From assembly GCA_013239625.1 (NCBI GenBank), contig MU054212.1, forward strand, positions 3,935,922-3,999,921: a DNA stretch of 64,000 nucleotides. The letters are read 5' to 3'. Position numbers and translations under genes: made by a program. A model generated the notes under the pieces. The model worked only from the letters and a program-made list of their open reading frames with translations. It made no database searches and was not told where the DNA came from. Origin of the DNA: Lama guanicoe (Eukaryota). Of this stretch, positions 1 through 12,100 are shown piece after piece; the stretch's first letter is position 1; each line of letters starts with the position of its first letter.

Positions 1-115
1 TATCCTCATCTATAAAAGAGGGGCAAGAGGGCTGCAGAGCTCCCAGGGTTGCTGCAAGATTCAAAGACAGTGCAGATAAAGAGCTTAGCACAGCACCCAG
101 CCATTCATCCTCTCA
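1..115 (+). mobile_element. MIR SINE fragment (3' part)
   Basis: cctcatctataaaagagggg...cagggttgctgcaagattcaaa...gagcttagcacagcacc resembles the MIR core/3' consensus. Confidence 0.7.
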
Positions 116-739
116 TTGTTTCCACTGTATTAATTTAATTAGCATATCGGGGGTGATGGAGGGGCAGTCAGATGTGCCCACAGAATTCTGGGAAGCTACA
201 AATTCTCTATAAGAATTTTTTTTAAATTAAATTTTGCTTTTTATTCACCTGAAAACTCTAAAGTTTGCAAGAGTATCTGATGCCTACTTGTGTCCACAGG
301 TACAAAGGGGTGCAACGCAGTCATGGGAAGGGAAACTTGCTATGTATATGACACTCTCTTGTCAAGCAAAGGGCAAATGACACCTTACCAAGCTGTATAA
401 AGCTCTGAAATGGTCTAAACAAGGAGAGCAGTCAGGAAAGTCAGTTGTCCTATGATGCATACATATCAGAGAACTCTGAACCCACTAGCATATCGCAGAC
501 ACATTTTGTGTAATGTTTGTTTCAACAAAACATCATCATCCATGACACTGAACTAACACTGTAATTCCAATTGTAATGGCTTTTTAGTTTGCTGGTGGGT
601 GTTTAAAATTACTTTGCCTTTATGAGACATATTTAACTAGTTTCATATTTTGCATGTTATAACTACCACGGTAGAATTTAAGTCCTCACTGAATGAGGCC
701 CTTCTTTTAATTTCAAGCTTGAGAAATGCTGCTCTTAGG

Positions 740-900
740 GAATGCACTGATTAGTTCATCATCTCTCTCACAAAATGATACCCAACATCTTTACCAACCT
801 CTGATAGATGGAAAAGCAAAGAACTGCGGAAATTAAATGAGATGGTGCAGGAGAAGTACTCCTATATGGTACCTGTCTCTTGCTCTTAATAAAGTTCTAT
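740..900 (+). mobile_element. MIR SINE fragment
   Basis: ctctctcacaaaatgata...gcggaaattaaatgagatggtgca...tggtacctg...ctcttaataaa resembles the MIR 3' half. Confidence 0.55.
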
Positions 901-2139
901 CGTTCTCATTACCGTCATTCTCGTAATCATCAGTCATCATCGTCTGCAGAAGCGTCTATTCATCTTCCACTTTAAAAATGAAACCTGGGTGCTATTTGCA
1001 TTAAATAGCCAAATTGGCAGTAAATGTTCATTTTGTCTTTCCTATTTTAGATAATTATTGTTTTCTGGTACATTGGCCACACTGCTGTTTTAAGTATGTT
1101 CAAACTGGGAAAAACCAACAAGTGAGCAACAACATTCTATTCTGTTTGTTTACAATAGCAGAAGCCATAATCTGAGCATACATATTAAATGAATGAGTTA
1201 CAACAGAGATCTCAGAATCTTCAAACTGAATCAAATGGAAATGTATAAAGGAAGATGTTATCAAACCAGAAATTAAAGCAAGATTGAAATAAGTCCTTTA
1301 ATAAAGGAAACCACCAGTACAAGAACATCCAAAAATTCCTGCTTCTGTTACACTAAAGTCTTCTATTGGCATCATCTGAAAACCTGGAAAGATCATTATT
1401 CTTTAACTTCCTTCAAACATCAACAGAAAAACAAAATAAAAGAAACTGCAAACATTTATCCTGTTTTAAAAGGAAAGGAAGAATGGTTATCACTAACATT
1501 TATTCTTCTTCTATAAAGTAGAAGCTTTGCAAAATTCTAGACCGTAAATCAAATCTGGGGCCATTGCAAGAGAGGCACGACTTGGTTTCAAGTTCAAAAC
1601 TGATGAGTCTCTGTTCAGACAACACCGAAGTTGGATGTAAGCTTGGTACCAGAAGATATCCATGCCATGGCACATACTCTTACTACTTGGAAAATCTCTT
1701 TGCACACAGAATATATTATATTCCTTTTACATTTCCACTTGACTTGAAAACATTAGTTTTCAAAAGATGTTGGAATGTGCTTTCCAAGACCCACTCTGTG
1801 CCTCCAGAATCCTCCAGATTAACTTAAAGGATTCTCCAGAGATGAAAGGATTTTCCAGGTTCTCTTAAGCTCCCTCTTGGGCAAACACTACATTTACTCA
1901 GTTCGTACAAGGAAAATAGTTATGTTCACATATAAATGAATATGGAGAATTATTAATGAATTTCTTGATCCATTAATGTCGTAAAAAATGAGGAGTATCT
2001 GCATTTCAGCAATAGGAAAGGTAGGGTTTGAGGAAGAACTTAACGAAAGACAGGTTTAGGTGGGAGAGGCCACTGTCGGTAGCTTAACTGGGAGACCAGG
2101 GTAAGGGAGTGGAATGATGTCATCTCTGACTTCAGGACA

Positions 2140-2650
2140 AAGTACTTCCTGATCTTACCCACCTGCCTCACCTCCTGACCCTCCCCTTCCTCACATCTAA
2201 TACCCCACCTACAGCAAATTTTCCTTTCCAGTGTGCTCTTCTTTAGGGCATCCATGCATTTGCACACAATCTTGCTTATCTTTCAAGACCCTAGGAAAAC
2301 ATTTCCACACATCAAAAGCTTTCTACACCCCACCACCAGCAGTTTAATTCCTGTCTTTTATGCAGCCAAAGCACATCGTTCATGATTCCACTGTGAGCAT
2401 GCGCCTTTCACACGGGGCTGAACAACCAAATCTGTGACAACTCAGAATGAGAATTTCCTCTGGGGATTAATAACGTCATTCCGCCACATACCCATCAGAG
2501 AGCAGAGCCCACCTGGAGCTGTAATTATTTGTTGACCTGGTTCTACTAGTGGACTTTCAATTCCCTAAGCCTCCAGAATGTTTCTTATTTATCTTTGCAG
2601 CTAGCAACATGGTAAGGGCTCAACAAAGATTTGCTAAATAAATAGTGAAA
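2140..2650 (+). mobile_element. L2 LINE 3' fragment
   Basis: Pyrimidine-rich L2-like body ending gcaacatggtaagggctcaacaaagatttgctaaataaatagtgaa (L2 3' terminus). Confidence 0.65.
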
Positions 2651-2741
2651 ACAGTCTAACATTTAGCTGTCAAAACTGACTGAGTCCTTCTTATGCTTAG
2701 CTTAATTTCTCAAAGTAAAGCTGTAGTTAAACAGTAATTCT

Positions 2742-2850
2742 GAAAATACATACGTACACATATGTATAACTAAATCGCTTGGCTGTACACCTGAAACTAA
2801 CATTGTAAATCAACTACACATCAATAAAAGATAAAAATTTTTTTTTAAAA
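2742..2850 (+). mobile_element. Young L1 extreme 3'-end fragment with TSD
   Basis: tatgtataactaaatcgcttggctgtacacctgaaactaacattgtaaatcaactacacatcaataaaa plus A/T tail; flanking direct repeat agtaattct at 2733-2741 and 2851-2859. Confidence 0.85.
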
Positions 2851-5800
2851 AGTAATTCTTTTCCTCCTCCTCCACAGATGGGGATAAATGAGCCATCTTT
2901 CTCATCTAGATTATAAAAAAAACCTTGTTCACTAATCTTTCTTCCTAGTCTTTTCTTTAATATCTTCATTAATTCTTAAACAACGCCAGCATAGCCAGGA
3001 AATAATATTTTATCATAGAAGCACAGCGAAAGGTTTACTTTATTTCCAGTCTTGTGCGGGTCTGAGTCCTGACTCTATAAAATCAAGCATATACTCAGCT
3101 GTATTGGGGTCTCTCCAATTATTTGTTGTTCTGTCATTGTGTGCTATCCCTTGATGCAAATTATTTTTTAAAAGATCATGGCTTTATTCATAATCTCAAT
3201 GAATTTTTTTTTCCTTTGTAGGGTCCATTTACTTTAAAAAAAAAAAAAAAGGAAAGAAAAGAGAAAGGATGCTCTCTGGTCAATGGTTTAAAGTGATCAA
3301 GATTCCCAGTCCCAGCCCCAGCTCTGGTCTCAAGTCAGAGGCAAGAGGACATGTCCCTGAGAGGAGGGAGAATTGTCAACAGTACACTGTCCCCAAACCC
3401 CAGCCCTACATTGTTAGAGCAATGACAGAGACTTTAATTCAAGCAGATACAGTAGGTAACCTTTTTAAAATGTGAATTATTTTTTTTCCAGAGAAAAATG
3501 TGTCATGATCACAAAGACTTAACTGATTTTTAAAAACTGGCCCTTTATTTATACATAATAAAAACATTTTTTAAAAAGGGAAACACAAGGTCAGAAAAAT
3601 ACCTTCCTTCATCTGACAAATAAGCTGAAATTCTCTAGAATGAATTTACCCAGTCTGATTCAGGGACCCTGAGGAGTTTTCAGTGAGGAATGACAGATTC
3701 CTCAGGGCTGATATTCAGAAGAGAAAGAATATTCTGGTAATTTATTTACCAGAAGGTAGAGGAAGGACAAGGCCCTGAGGGCAAAGAAAAAAACCCAAAC
3801 AGACAGTTGCTCTAAGGCCAAAGAGAAATTAGCAATGACTTTGGAAGGTCACTACCTGAAATCTAACACAAGCCCAGAGGCCTCTCAGGGGATATTCTAA
3901 AAACCACGAGTAACACCAGAATCCAGAAATCTCTGTTTTCATTTCCTACTCAATAAGACAACTTGAAATATCCCATTTCTATTGAAAAAGAAATGAAAGT
4001 TCCACCAAAGTTATGTTAAAACACAAGTTTACTATTCAAATTGGTTGAGTTTTGCTCTCAAGATGCCTCACTTTCTAAATTTTGAGGTAGACAATATCTC
4101 ATAAATTTAATAATCAGGCCTTTCCAAAATTAACAGCACAAGACAACAAAGGAAACAGAAATACTTTTAAAAAATCTGACACCTTTGATCATCAAAGAAT
4201 GCAGAAACAAATGATCCCCAGTCTTGATAGAGTTTGAAAAGTGATTCTGTTCGTATGATACTTACAGCTTATCTGTGAAATCATGCTCATGCTAACCTTT
4301 AACCCAATGACCAACCTAATTTCAGTATCACAGTACACCGAGAAAGATGCGTGTCTCCTTCACAGCATCGGCTAACATTACTCAGCACCTAGAGTATTCC
4401 ACACCCTGTAATACAAGGAAGGATATTTAACAGTCATCAAGTGGATCACGCCTCACACCTAAACCAGATTTCCTATGAGCTCCGCGCCTACTAACTCCTG
4501 GGAAGTACAGCTAACCCGACCTCCGTACCTTTTTTTCAAGCGTTCCCTCCACCTGGAATGTCTTCTTACCCTGAATGCAAGTTGCCCACTAAGAAGCTTT
4601 GTGATCATGGGTGATGACTAAGCTCTGAGCCTTGGGCTCCTCCTTCAGAAAAGGCTGTCCTGCGGCCTCCCATCCACAAAGGGGCTAGCAGGATCTCTGA
4701 GACACCAACAGAGCTGCCTACACACTCTCTCACCATTCTAGATCCAGCCCAAGATGCTATCTGTCCATCTAGGTCAAGAAACTGTCTCCTTTCTGGATTC
4801 CTTTAACTCTAACCATTTAGCATGTAATTGCTTTTTAATTGTGTACTTAAATTAGTAATTCTACCCAGGTATACTTTATTCCTTTAGGACAAGTCCATCT
4901 TATATCCTAAAGCACTTTGTAAAGTACTAGTCAAAATAAGTATTCACTGAAGCCCAGAGCCCACTTAACATATTTTTTAAGCAAATAGCTTACACCTAGA
5001 TATTAAAACTACCTTTCAGGGAATGTTTGAAAATTATAAGGAGTCCCTCACAAACAGGCTATTTTGAAAGTTCTTCACAACCTAGTTTTAATATTATATC
5101 TGTTAATTTTTCACGCAAGTTGCAGTATTATACATCCTAATTCTTAGATCATCTTACGGAAGTAAATTTTCTCCATTATGTGAGTAAAGTACAACATTAA
5201 TTGTATTATTTCACCTATCATGTGTAACAGTGCTTCCTGGGGAAATACCATCTGGCTTCAGGACGGTTCATAAGACTTTCCTGAATAATGACTACATTGC
5301 ATTTGTAAAATTAATTATTTCCTATGCTACAAGCATCAGCACATGTCAGCGTGGTTAAACAGTCAGCTTAGTGCCTGTCGAACTTCACACGTAATTGAAC
5401 ATGAAGGTAATGAAATATATGTGAATCATGTTTATCAAAGGTGGAACATTTTACAACGGACTATTTCATTTGATCAAAATATATAGATAGCATAGGCAGG
5501 TCAAAAAGCAAAATGTTAGTATTTTCTTCATTGCCATCTTTAAAATATCTTTAAAAAAAATCAGCTCCTCAAATAACTTAATCAAGTTCAGGATTAAGTT
5601 TCTAGCTCAGTAAAAAATCTATGAACTACTGACAAGCTTATTGTAACCAAATATTTTCTACTTATTAATATAAGGATCACAGCCACCTCAGGGGTTTTTT
5701 TTGTTTTGTTTTTAAAAATGGCAACCTATACTTTTAGGCAGGATTACATTTCTTCTCTGGATATGTCTTCATAACATAAGTCGATTTGGACTTGCCAAAG

Positions 5801-6799
5801 TGGACCAAATTCCTATCAAGTGTTTTTGTCACATTCAAGGTTTTAATAGGCACCTCCAACTAGAATTAATCTACATTTTCCCCACCAATTGTTGAAAGGT
5901 TCACAAAGCAGTTCTTATCATTTCATTAATCCTATTTTATATTAGATCATAAAAGGGTGCATTACACGTGTTGTTTTATGACCACCCAGCTGTTCCTTAA
6001 ATGGTTGTCTTCTTAATTATACTTGAGCTTTTGTTTCTTGAATCTAATAAAAACACGCTTTTAAAAAATCTTCGTTATTTAGGACACAAGGAAAAAAGAA
6101 CAGGAAAACTACTGCCAGTACCCAGGGGTGAGAGTGAGCATCTTGTCTTAAGTGCAGTATTTCAGCACTGGTGGGGGACTGTCTGCACCATCTGGAAGGT
6201 TCTTTCCCATCCTGGCCCATGACCACAGGAGTAGGGTTTGTTGTTCTTCACACTGGGCTCAACTACAGGGCTCTAAAAATACTCCGCGAGCAGCCTAAAA
6301 CCAAGTAACAATTTATGTCAGCCTGAGCAGAAAAAAATGCTGATATGAAATTTCCCGCCCATGAACTTCCTAGGGGAGAAGTCCTAGAAAACATGTGTGT
6401 TGTGGTTGATCTTTTGGCAAAGCCAGTCCTCCAACTGGCTCCTGGAGACACAGATAGTATAATTAAGTAACTAAAGTTAACATCTCCCAAGAAACTCATT
6501 TTCAGCATCAGGAGAAAGCTGATCACAGTACCTTGCTGAAATCTTGTATTTTATCGCCCCGGTCCACCTCTGCTAGAGGTGCTAATGAACAAAGAACCAA
6601 AAGTCACACGATACAGAGGAGACTAAGAATTTGAAAAGGAAGGGCTTTGATCCAACAGAAACCTGGGTGAGCTATAGTTTAGGCATAAGCACTGTCGTAA
6701 TCAGGAAAAAAAAAATGTGGACCACATTGACCTGAGTAGAAAACAGCAAGAAAAAAAAATTTTTTTTAATCTCTCAAATACAACTGAAAAGATGATAAA

Positions 6800-6960
6800 C
6801 TATTAAGAGCTGGAAAAGACCGTAAAGATCATTTTTATGGCAGAGGAAAACTAAGACCCCAGAGATAAGTGACTCGCCCAAGGTCACAAAGCGGTTAGTC
6901 ACTGAACAAGAACCAGAACACAGATTCCCTTACTTTCAGGCCAAGGTTTACTCACCAAGG
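6800..6960 (-). mobile_element. MIR/MIR3 SINE
   Basis: gaggaaaactaagaccccagagataagtgactcgcccaaggtcaca is the reverse-strand MIR core. Confidence 0.8.
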
Positions 6961-7908
6961 TCCCACACCTTCCTGAAACTTGATTTCAGTGTGTTCTCTC
7001 ATTCCTCAAAGGGCTGATAAATTTTAAGGCTGATTGAAAATATCCATACACACATAGTCAAATGAATTAAACCATGGATTTCTTTAAGGCAAATGGAAAC
7101 AGGAAGAGACATATTTTTCATTCCCCATATCACAAAGCCCGGGTGGGCAATCATGGTCCTAAATCCATTTGGAGAACGCACTAGATTGGATCTATGACCA
7201 ACGCCTCATATTCCCATTTTTCACACGGGGGCGAGAAGCTACATATTTTGGTTGGTTAGTTCCCCATCTCCCTTGCAGACTTCAGCAGAGAGCGATTTGG
7301 CAGTTCAGACAGCTGTCTCCAGCTTGGTTCACATATAATCTGCAGCCTGTCCTGGGTGGCCAGTAAGCAAATCAGCCATGAAGACTTTTGTCTGAAAATT
7401 CAAATGGCCCGATACCAATGGTACGTGACTCAGTGTTAGCAGGTAGCAGAAGTGAATCTGATTTCTTTAACTCTCTGAATATCCACTGGCCTCCGAGCTT
7501 TTACAAATATCACTCAAAAGCCTACTGTTGATGTCACCTCAAAACCAGCAAGCAATACTGAAGACAGAATTCAACCCCTTACTCAGAATCCTAAGGACAC
7601 CAAACGGGGCAGGTCCGGCAGAAAAGCCACCGAGCTCGCACATGTCAGGGGAAAGAGTCTGTTGTTCCTTTGTTGTTGTTTGTTCGTTATTTTGTTTTCA
7701 TGGAAGACTCAAGAGTACCGTATAATAACAGTAAGAATCACGGGTACCTCAGGGCTTGCTTTTTTGGGGGTCTTCATTTGTTGTCAAGCATCTGAGAAAA
7801 GGCCAGAGAATTTCTCTGTTTACCTGGTTTCTCCAGGCCACGTGGGGAAGAAAGTATTAACACTCTTCACTGAGAAGGAAGGTACTGGGAAGCAACGGAG
7901 CCGTGAAA

Positions 7909-7948
7909 CCCCCACCCACACACACCCACACCCACACCCACACATCCC
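7909..7948. repeat. (CACACC)n-like simple repeat
   Basis: cccccacccacacacacccacacccacacccacacatccc read directly. Confidence 0.85.
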
Positions 7949-8199
7949 ATCACGGTCAACATATCTAAGCTCCAGGCCACCCTTACTAGGTTACTGGCCA
8001 GCGGAATAACTGTCTGTTCCATTTTGGGCCGATCCTTCAACCTTACTCACACAGCAAAACTTCAAAGCTGGGATCAATATAGCAAAGTACCATCTCTCAC
8101 CCAGATGCAGGAAGCTGAGAATTTTTGGAAAAACTTCTTGCAGCCACTCACCTCCTCCAGCGCGTGCCTTGAGTCCTAATGGGGGTAACGAGGAGCCAT

Positions 8200-9145
8200 G
8201 AATTTTTTTGGTAACACTTTTTCCCCCTTCCCCTCAGGGACCATACTGATCCTTCATATGACTCCCATTCAACCAACAGGTGACTTCACCTCCTACTCGC
8301 CCATCAGCCACGATCAAAGTTCAACTCCCCACCCTTCTCCCTGTAGGCATTCACACCCATTCCTCACTCCAGGACTCCAGTTGGAAGTCCTTGTCCTGTT
8401 GGTGGCTAGCCTCCCAACTGTGTCCTTGACCCTGATCTCACCTAGAGGCTGAGATAATCCCCACCCCCTTCCTTTTTTCAATTTTTCTTCACACTTTTCT
8501 GTATGCAGGCCATAAACTTGTTCAAAGATGGGCATTTTTCTCTCCAGGCCTGTTCTTATCTTACTACACTTCTCAGGCCCTACTTGGCAGTCCTGCTCTC
8601 CTCCCCACTACCCCCCCGCCACAACTCATGCATATGCACAGACACACGCATCCCACAGCATCCCACAACATACGGAGAAAAGATACCCTGCTGCTAAGAT
8701 CACAGCACTGCGTTCTTGCTCCGCCCTGCTTCTCTGAGCAGGCTTGGTTTTCCATCTCAGGTCCCTCAATTTCCTACCTGCCCCTTGAATCGTAACACCC
8801 TGGGGGCATCGTTCCCAGGTCACAGCTCTTCTCGCTCATCCCAAATGATTCCACCTACTACAACATGGTATCAACAAACAGCTCCCCTCCTCGGGACATC
8901 TAGATCTGGACCTATTCGCCCAGACTTCACCTCCATTTCAGAAAACCATGTTCAGCGATTTGCTTGGCACTGACTGACACTGCCATGTTCATGGGCATCT
9001 CAATCTCAGAGAACGTTCTTCCAAATCTGGTCCTGTACTCTCTCTGCCTTTCCCCAGCACTGGGGTCACAGTAATCCTTGAATCCCTACTGCATAACACT
9101 GTGTTTGGGATTTAATATGTACTTACTGCACTGAATAAATAAACT
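8200..9145 (+). mobile_element. Degenerate L2 LINE fragments
   Basis: C/T-rich L2-like sequence (e.g. catgggcatctcaatctca) ending in an L2-type tail ctgaataaataaac. Confidence 0.5.
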
Positions 9146-12100
9146 AATTAATTACTTCTAATATTATAACTTCCTATAAAATTAGCATTTGGGGCTGGTG
9201 AACTGATAACATGATAGTCAATGGCACAGGATACAGGATATAGATTTCTCCTGCACCCACCTTGTCAAAGGGGGGGGGAATTATCCATCAGGAAGCATGT
9301 TTACCACTGTATTATACACTTGTTTTAGAAACTAATAACATTTAGTGACCAGACTACAGGACCTTTGTGACCGTATTAATTCCTGCCTAACACAAGGGAC
9401 AAGTCCAACTTTCTAACAGGCAGAAGCAGAGAGGCTAAATTTACTCTGGAACAACCTGGTTTGCAGTTGAGAAGTTGATGCAATTAAGAAACTGTGTTTA
9501 TACACTTCTCAAGAAAGGATTAATGGGGTTACTATTTTCTTAGCCTAATGAAGTAGCTTTTCAGTTCCAGAATTACCCCACAGTCCTTTCCAACAACAGA
9601 ATTCTGTACTTCTTCAGTTATTGTTAAGCTTAAACAATTTCTCTACTTCTGTTTCATTCCTTAAGTCTGCCGGTCAAACTTGGCTAATTTCCTTTATTTA
9701 TTAAGCCCTTATTGTTTTTAAGTTAAATGGTCCATTTACTTATCATTCAGTCACGTTTGAGGCCTTTCATCTCCCACTGAGAACAGACTGTGTCCCCAAC
9801 AAAAATCTTCAGAGTAATCAGAAGTAGGAAGGAAGAGCAAATTTCCCGGGTCAGCCTCACATCCGGTCAAAATCAGGACCCTTCGAGCTCTGTGGGGACA
9901 CTGACCATGGCTCTAAACGGTATATGAATCTGGACAATTACAAATGTACGTTTTTGCTTTTTGCTCATACCCAAGCCCTGCTAGGGGCTCGCCTCAAATT
10001 GAATGGCTTCTTGTATTCAGGCAGTTCCCAGCCCATGTCCTCACCTCATTAGAATGTCTGTATCCTCTGGTCTTGGAGACTTCCCTTTACCTTCTTTTGT
10101 ATCAGACAAAAGATGGTAATTTACGTCTAATTAACGGAACTGAGTCATAATGAGTTCTCGTCTCTTAGACAGCATTTCAATGTCCCAAATAACCAGTGAG
10201 ATTGGGTTTTCTTAGACTCCCTCCAGCTTAAGGTTTTACAACACAACGCTCCTATTCAGGCCTTCTACTTTGCATACAGTCAGAGGGCTGGAGGTTATCC
10301 ACACTGTGGAATTCTTTGGCTAGTTATGCCCAGAGTGATTTCACGGCTTGCAGGCCGATTTAATATTTTCTGCTAAGCCGCTCTGTTGAAACAGTCAGGC
10401 TTACGACTGCATCCTTTTTATGCCTCTTCCTTCTACTTTGCAATGGTATCTTTTTGCCAGCTGATGAATTTGATAGCATTCTTTTATGAGATCGATTTCC
10501 CTGAGAAAGATACAAAAGACAGGATGAAAGAGAAGTTTGAAGCAAAGCACAAAAAGGGCCCTGCATCTGTGTGAAGCCCACAACGGGGGAGCCCAAAATG
10601 CTTCTCCTCATGCCAGGAGGAGGGACAGCGATGGAACGGGGTAAACACAGCGCGCCTGCCCGGAGGAAGCAAAAGCACATGTTCTAACAGCAACAGTAGC
10701 CGGGTTAAAGTACTCAAAGCATCTTCTCGCTCTCACACCCCAGGGTATTTTCAACCGCCCTCTATATGTGCTGGCATGCCAACACAAACAAACCACAAAC
10801 TCACGCCCTCCTGCAATGACACTGTTTGGACACAGTGAGTTTTTCCTCCCTGGACTGTCTTCGTATCTTTTTACTCCATTGGGTTAAAAAGTTAAAAAAA
10901 AAAACAAAAAAAACCCAAAAACCTTTCTCTCTACTCCTCAAAGATCTCAATACCCAAATATATAGTCCTTGGATATAATATTGTTATATTTTAAAAAGTG
11001 TGGCAAGACCATTTAACTGTCATCAACTTTTGCTGAAATACACATTCTCCGCTGCTCCAATCTTTAACGCAAACAGAAAACAAAACAAAACAAAATAAAA
11101 TAATGCTGACCAGACTTTCGTCATGGGAGCCCTGGGACAGGGAAATTATAGCTGTGCTACAACAGAAGGACAGGAAAATCCGGGCTACAGATTTTTATTG
11201 TATGTCTCATCTTTTTTTCCCTCCTCAGGGAGGAGAGAATGTACAATTTATAAATGCAAGCTCCACAATAGATGTAATTGATTCATCAAAATGGTATCTA
11301 GGCTTCTTGGGGAAAATGTTAAATGAAAGAGTAAGTCCGAGAAAATTAAATACTACCTTGAAAAATTAGGCTTAATGGGTGAGAAGCAATCTATAATGCT
11401 AAATTAACAAAAATAGGTTAAAGAAAAAGACTGCCATCAGATTAAAGTATAATTTTTTATTATTTTTTCTTTTTTTATTGTTGAGGGGTAGACTCGTACT
11501 CAAAAAATGAATTACAGTTTTGGGTATATAAGCAAAAATCACTACAGGCATTTTTAAGCAACTGCCCTTCCTCAGTGAGACTGAAAATCCAGTATCAGAA
11601 ATAAGACACGAGAGCCCTGAACATGCAAACGGCTTTAAAAGTTAATTTACAAATCTAACTTTTGAACCACAATTTTTATTTCAAACTAAACTGGAAGTCA
11701 TGGAGGTGTCTCCAGGCTCGCTCAGAGAGGCCTTTCTAACCTAGAGTCTTTTCTAACATGGTGTATTAATAGCACAAGGAAGCTCACAACCCTGCCTTGC
11801 ATCTCATGTACCTGCAGACACTGAGAGTGATGGGGGAGGAAGTGTCCTTCCTGGGTATCAGTCTGTCCTAGAGGGTCTGAGGAGCTGGGTTCCTCCTAAA
11901 ACAGGCAGATGGAGCGAAGGTTTCCAACAGCACCCCCAGTGGTGGGGATGGGCTCCTAAGGGGTTGAGGAGGTGTCCGTGGCAGCCACCTTCCCAGCAAG
12001 TCAAGTGTTTCTAAACTGGGGGCTGTCCGAACATAACAGAAGATAACCAGGAGGCAAAACAGCGTTAAGTGGAAAACCGAGTGGAAGGTGAGACTGCACA

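Noticed and set aside
389..414. 26-nt minus-strand exon (tttag|accatt...gcttg|gtaagg)
   Set aside because: Short pyrimidine tract and no recognisable peptide; such pseudo-exons are common.
1639..1670. Polylinker-like run (HindIII-KpnI-EcoRV-NcoI) suggesting vector contamination
   Set aside because: Only 12 nt match a common cloning site and the flanks are genomic; chance.
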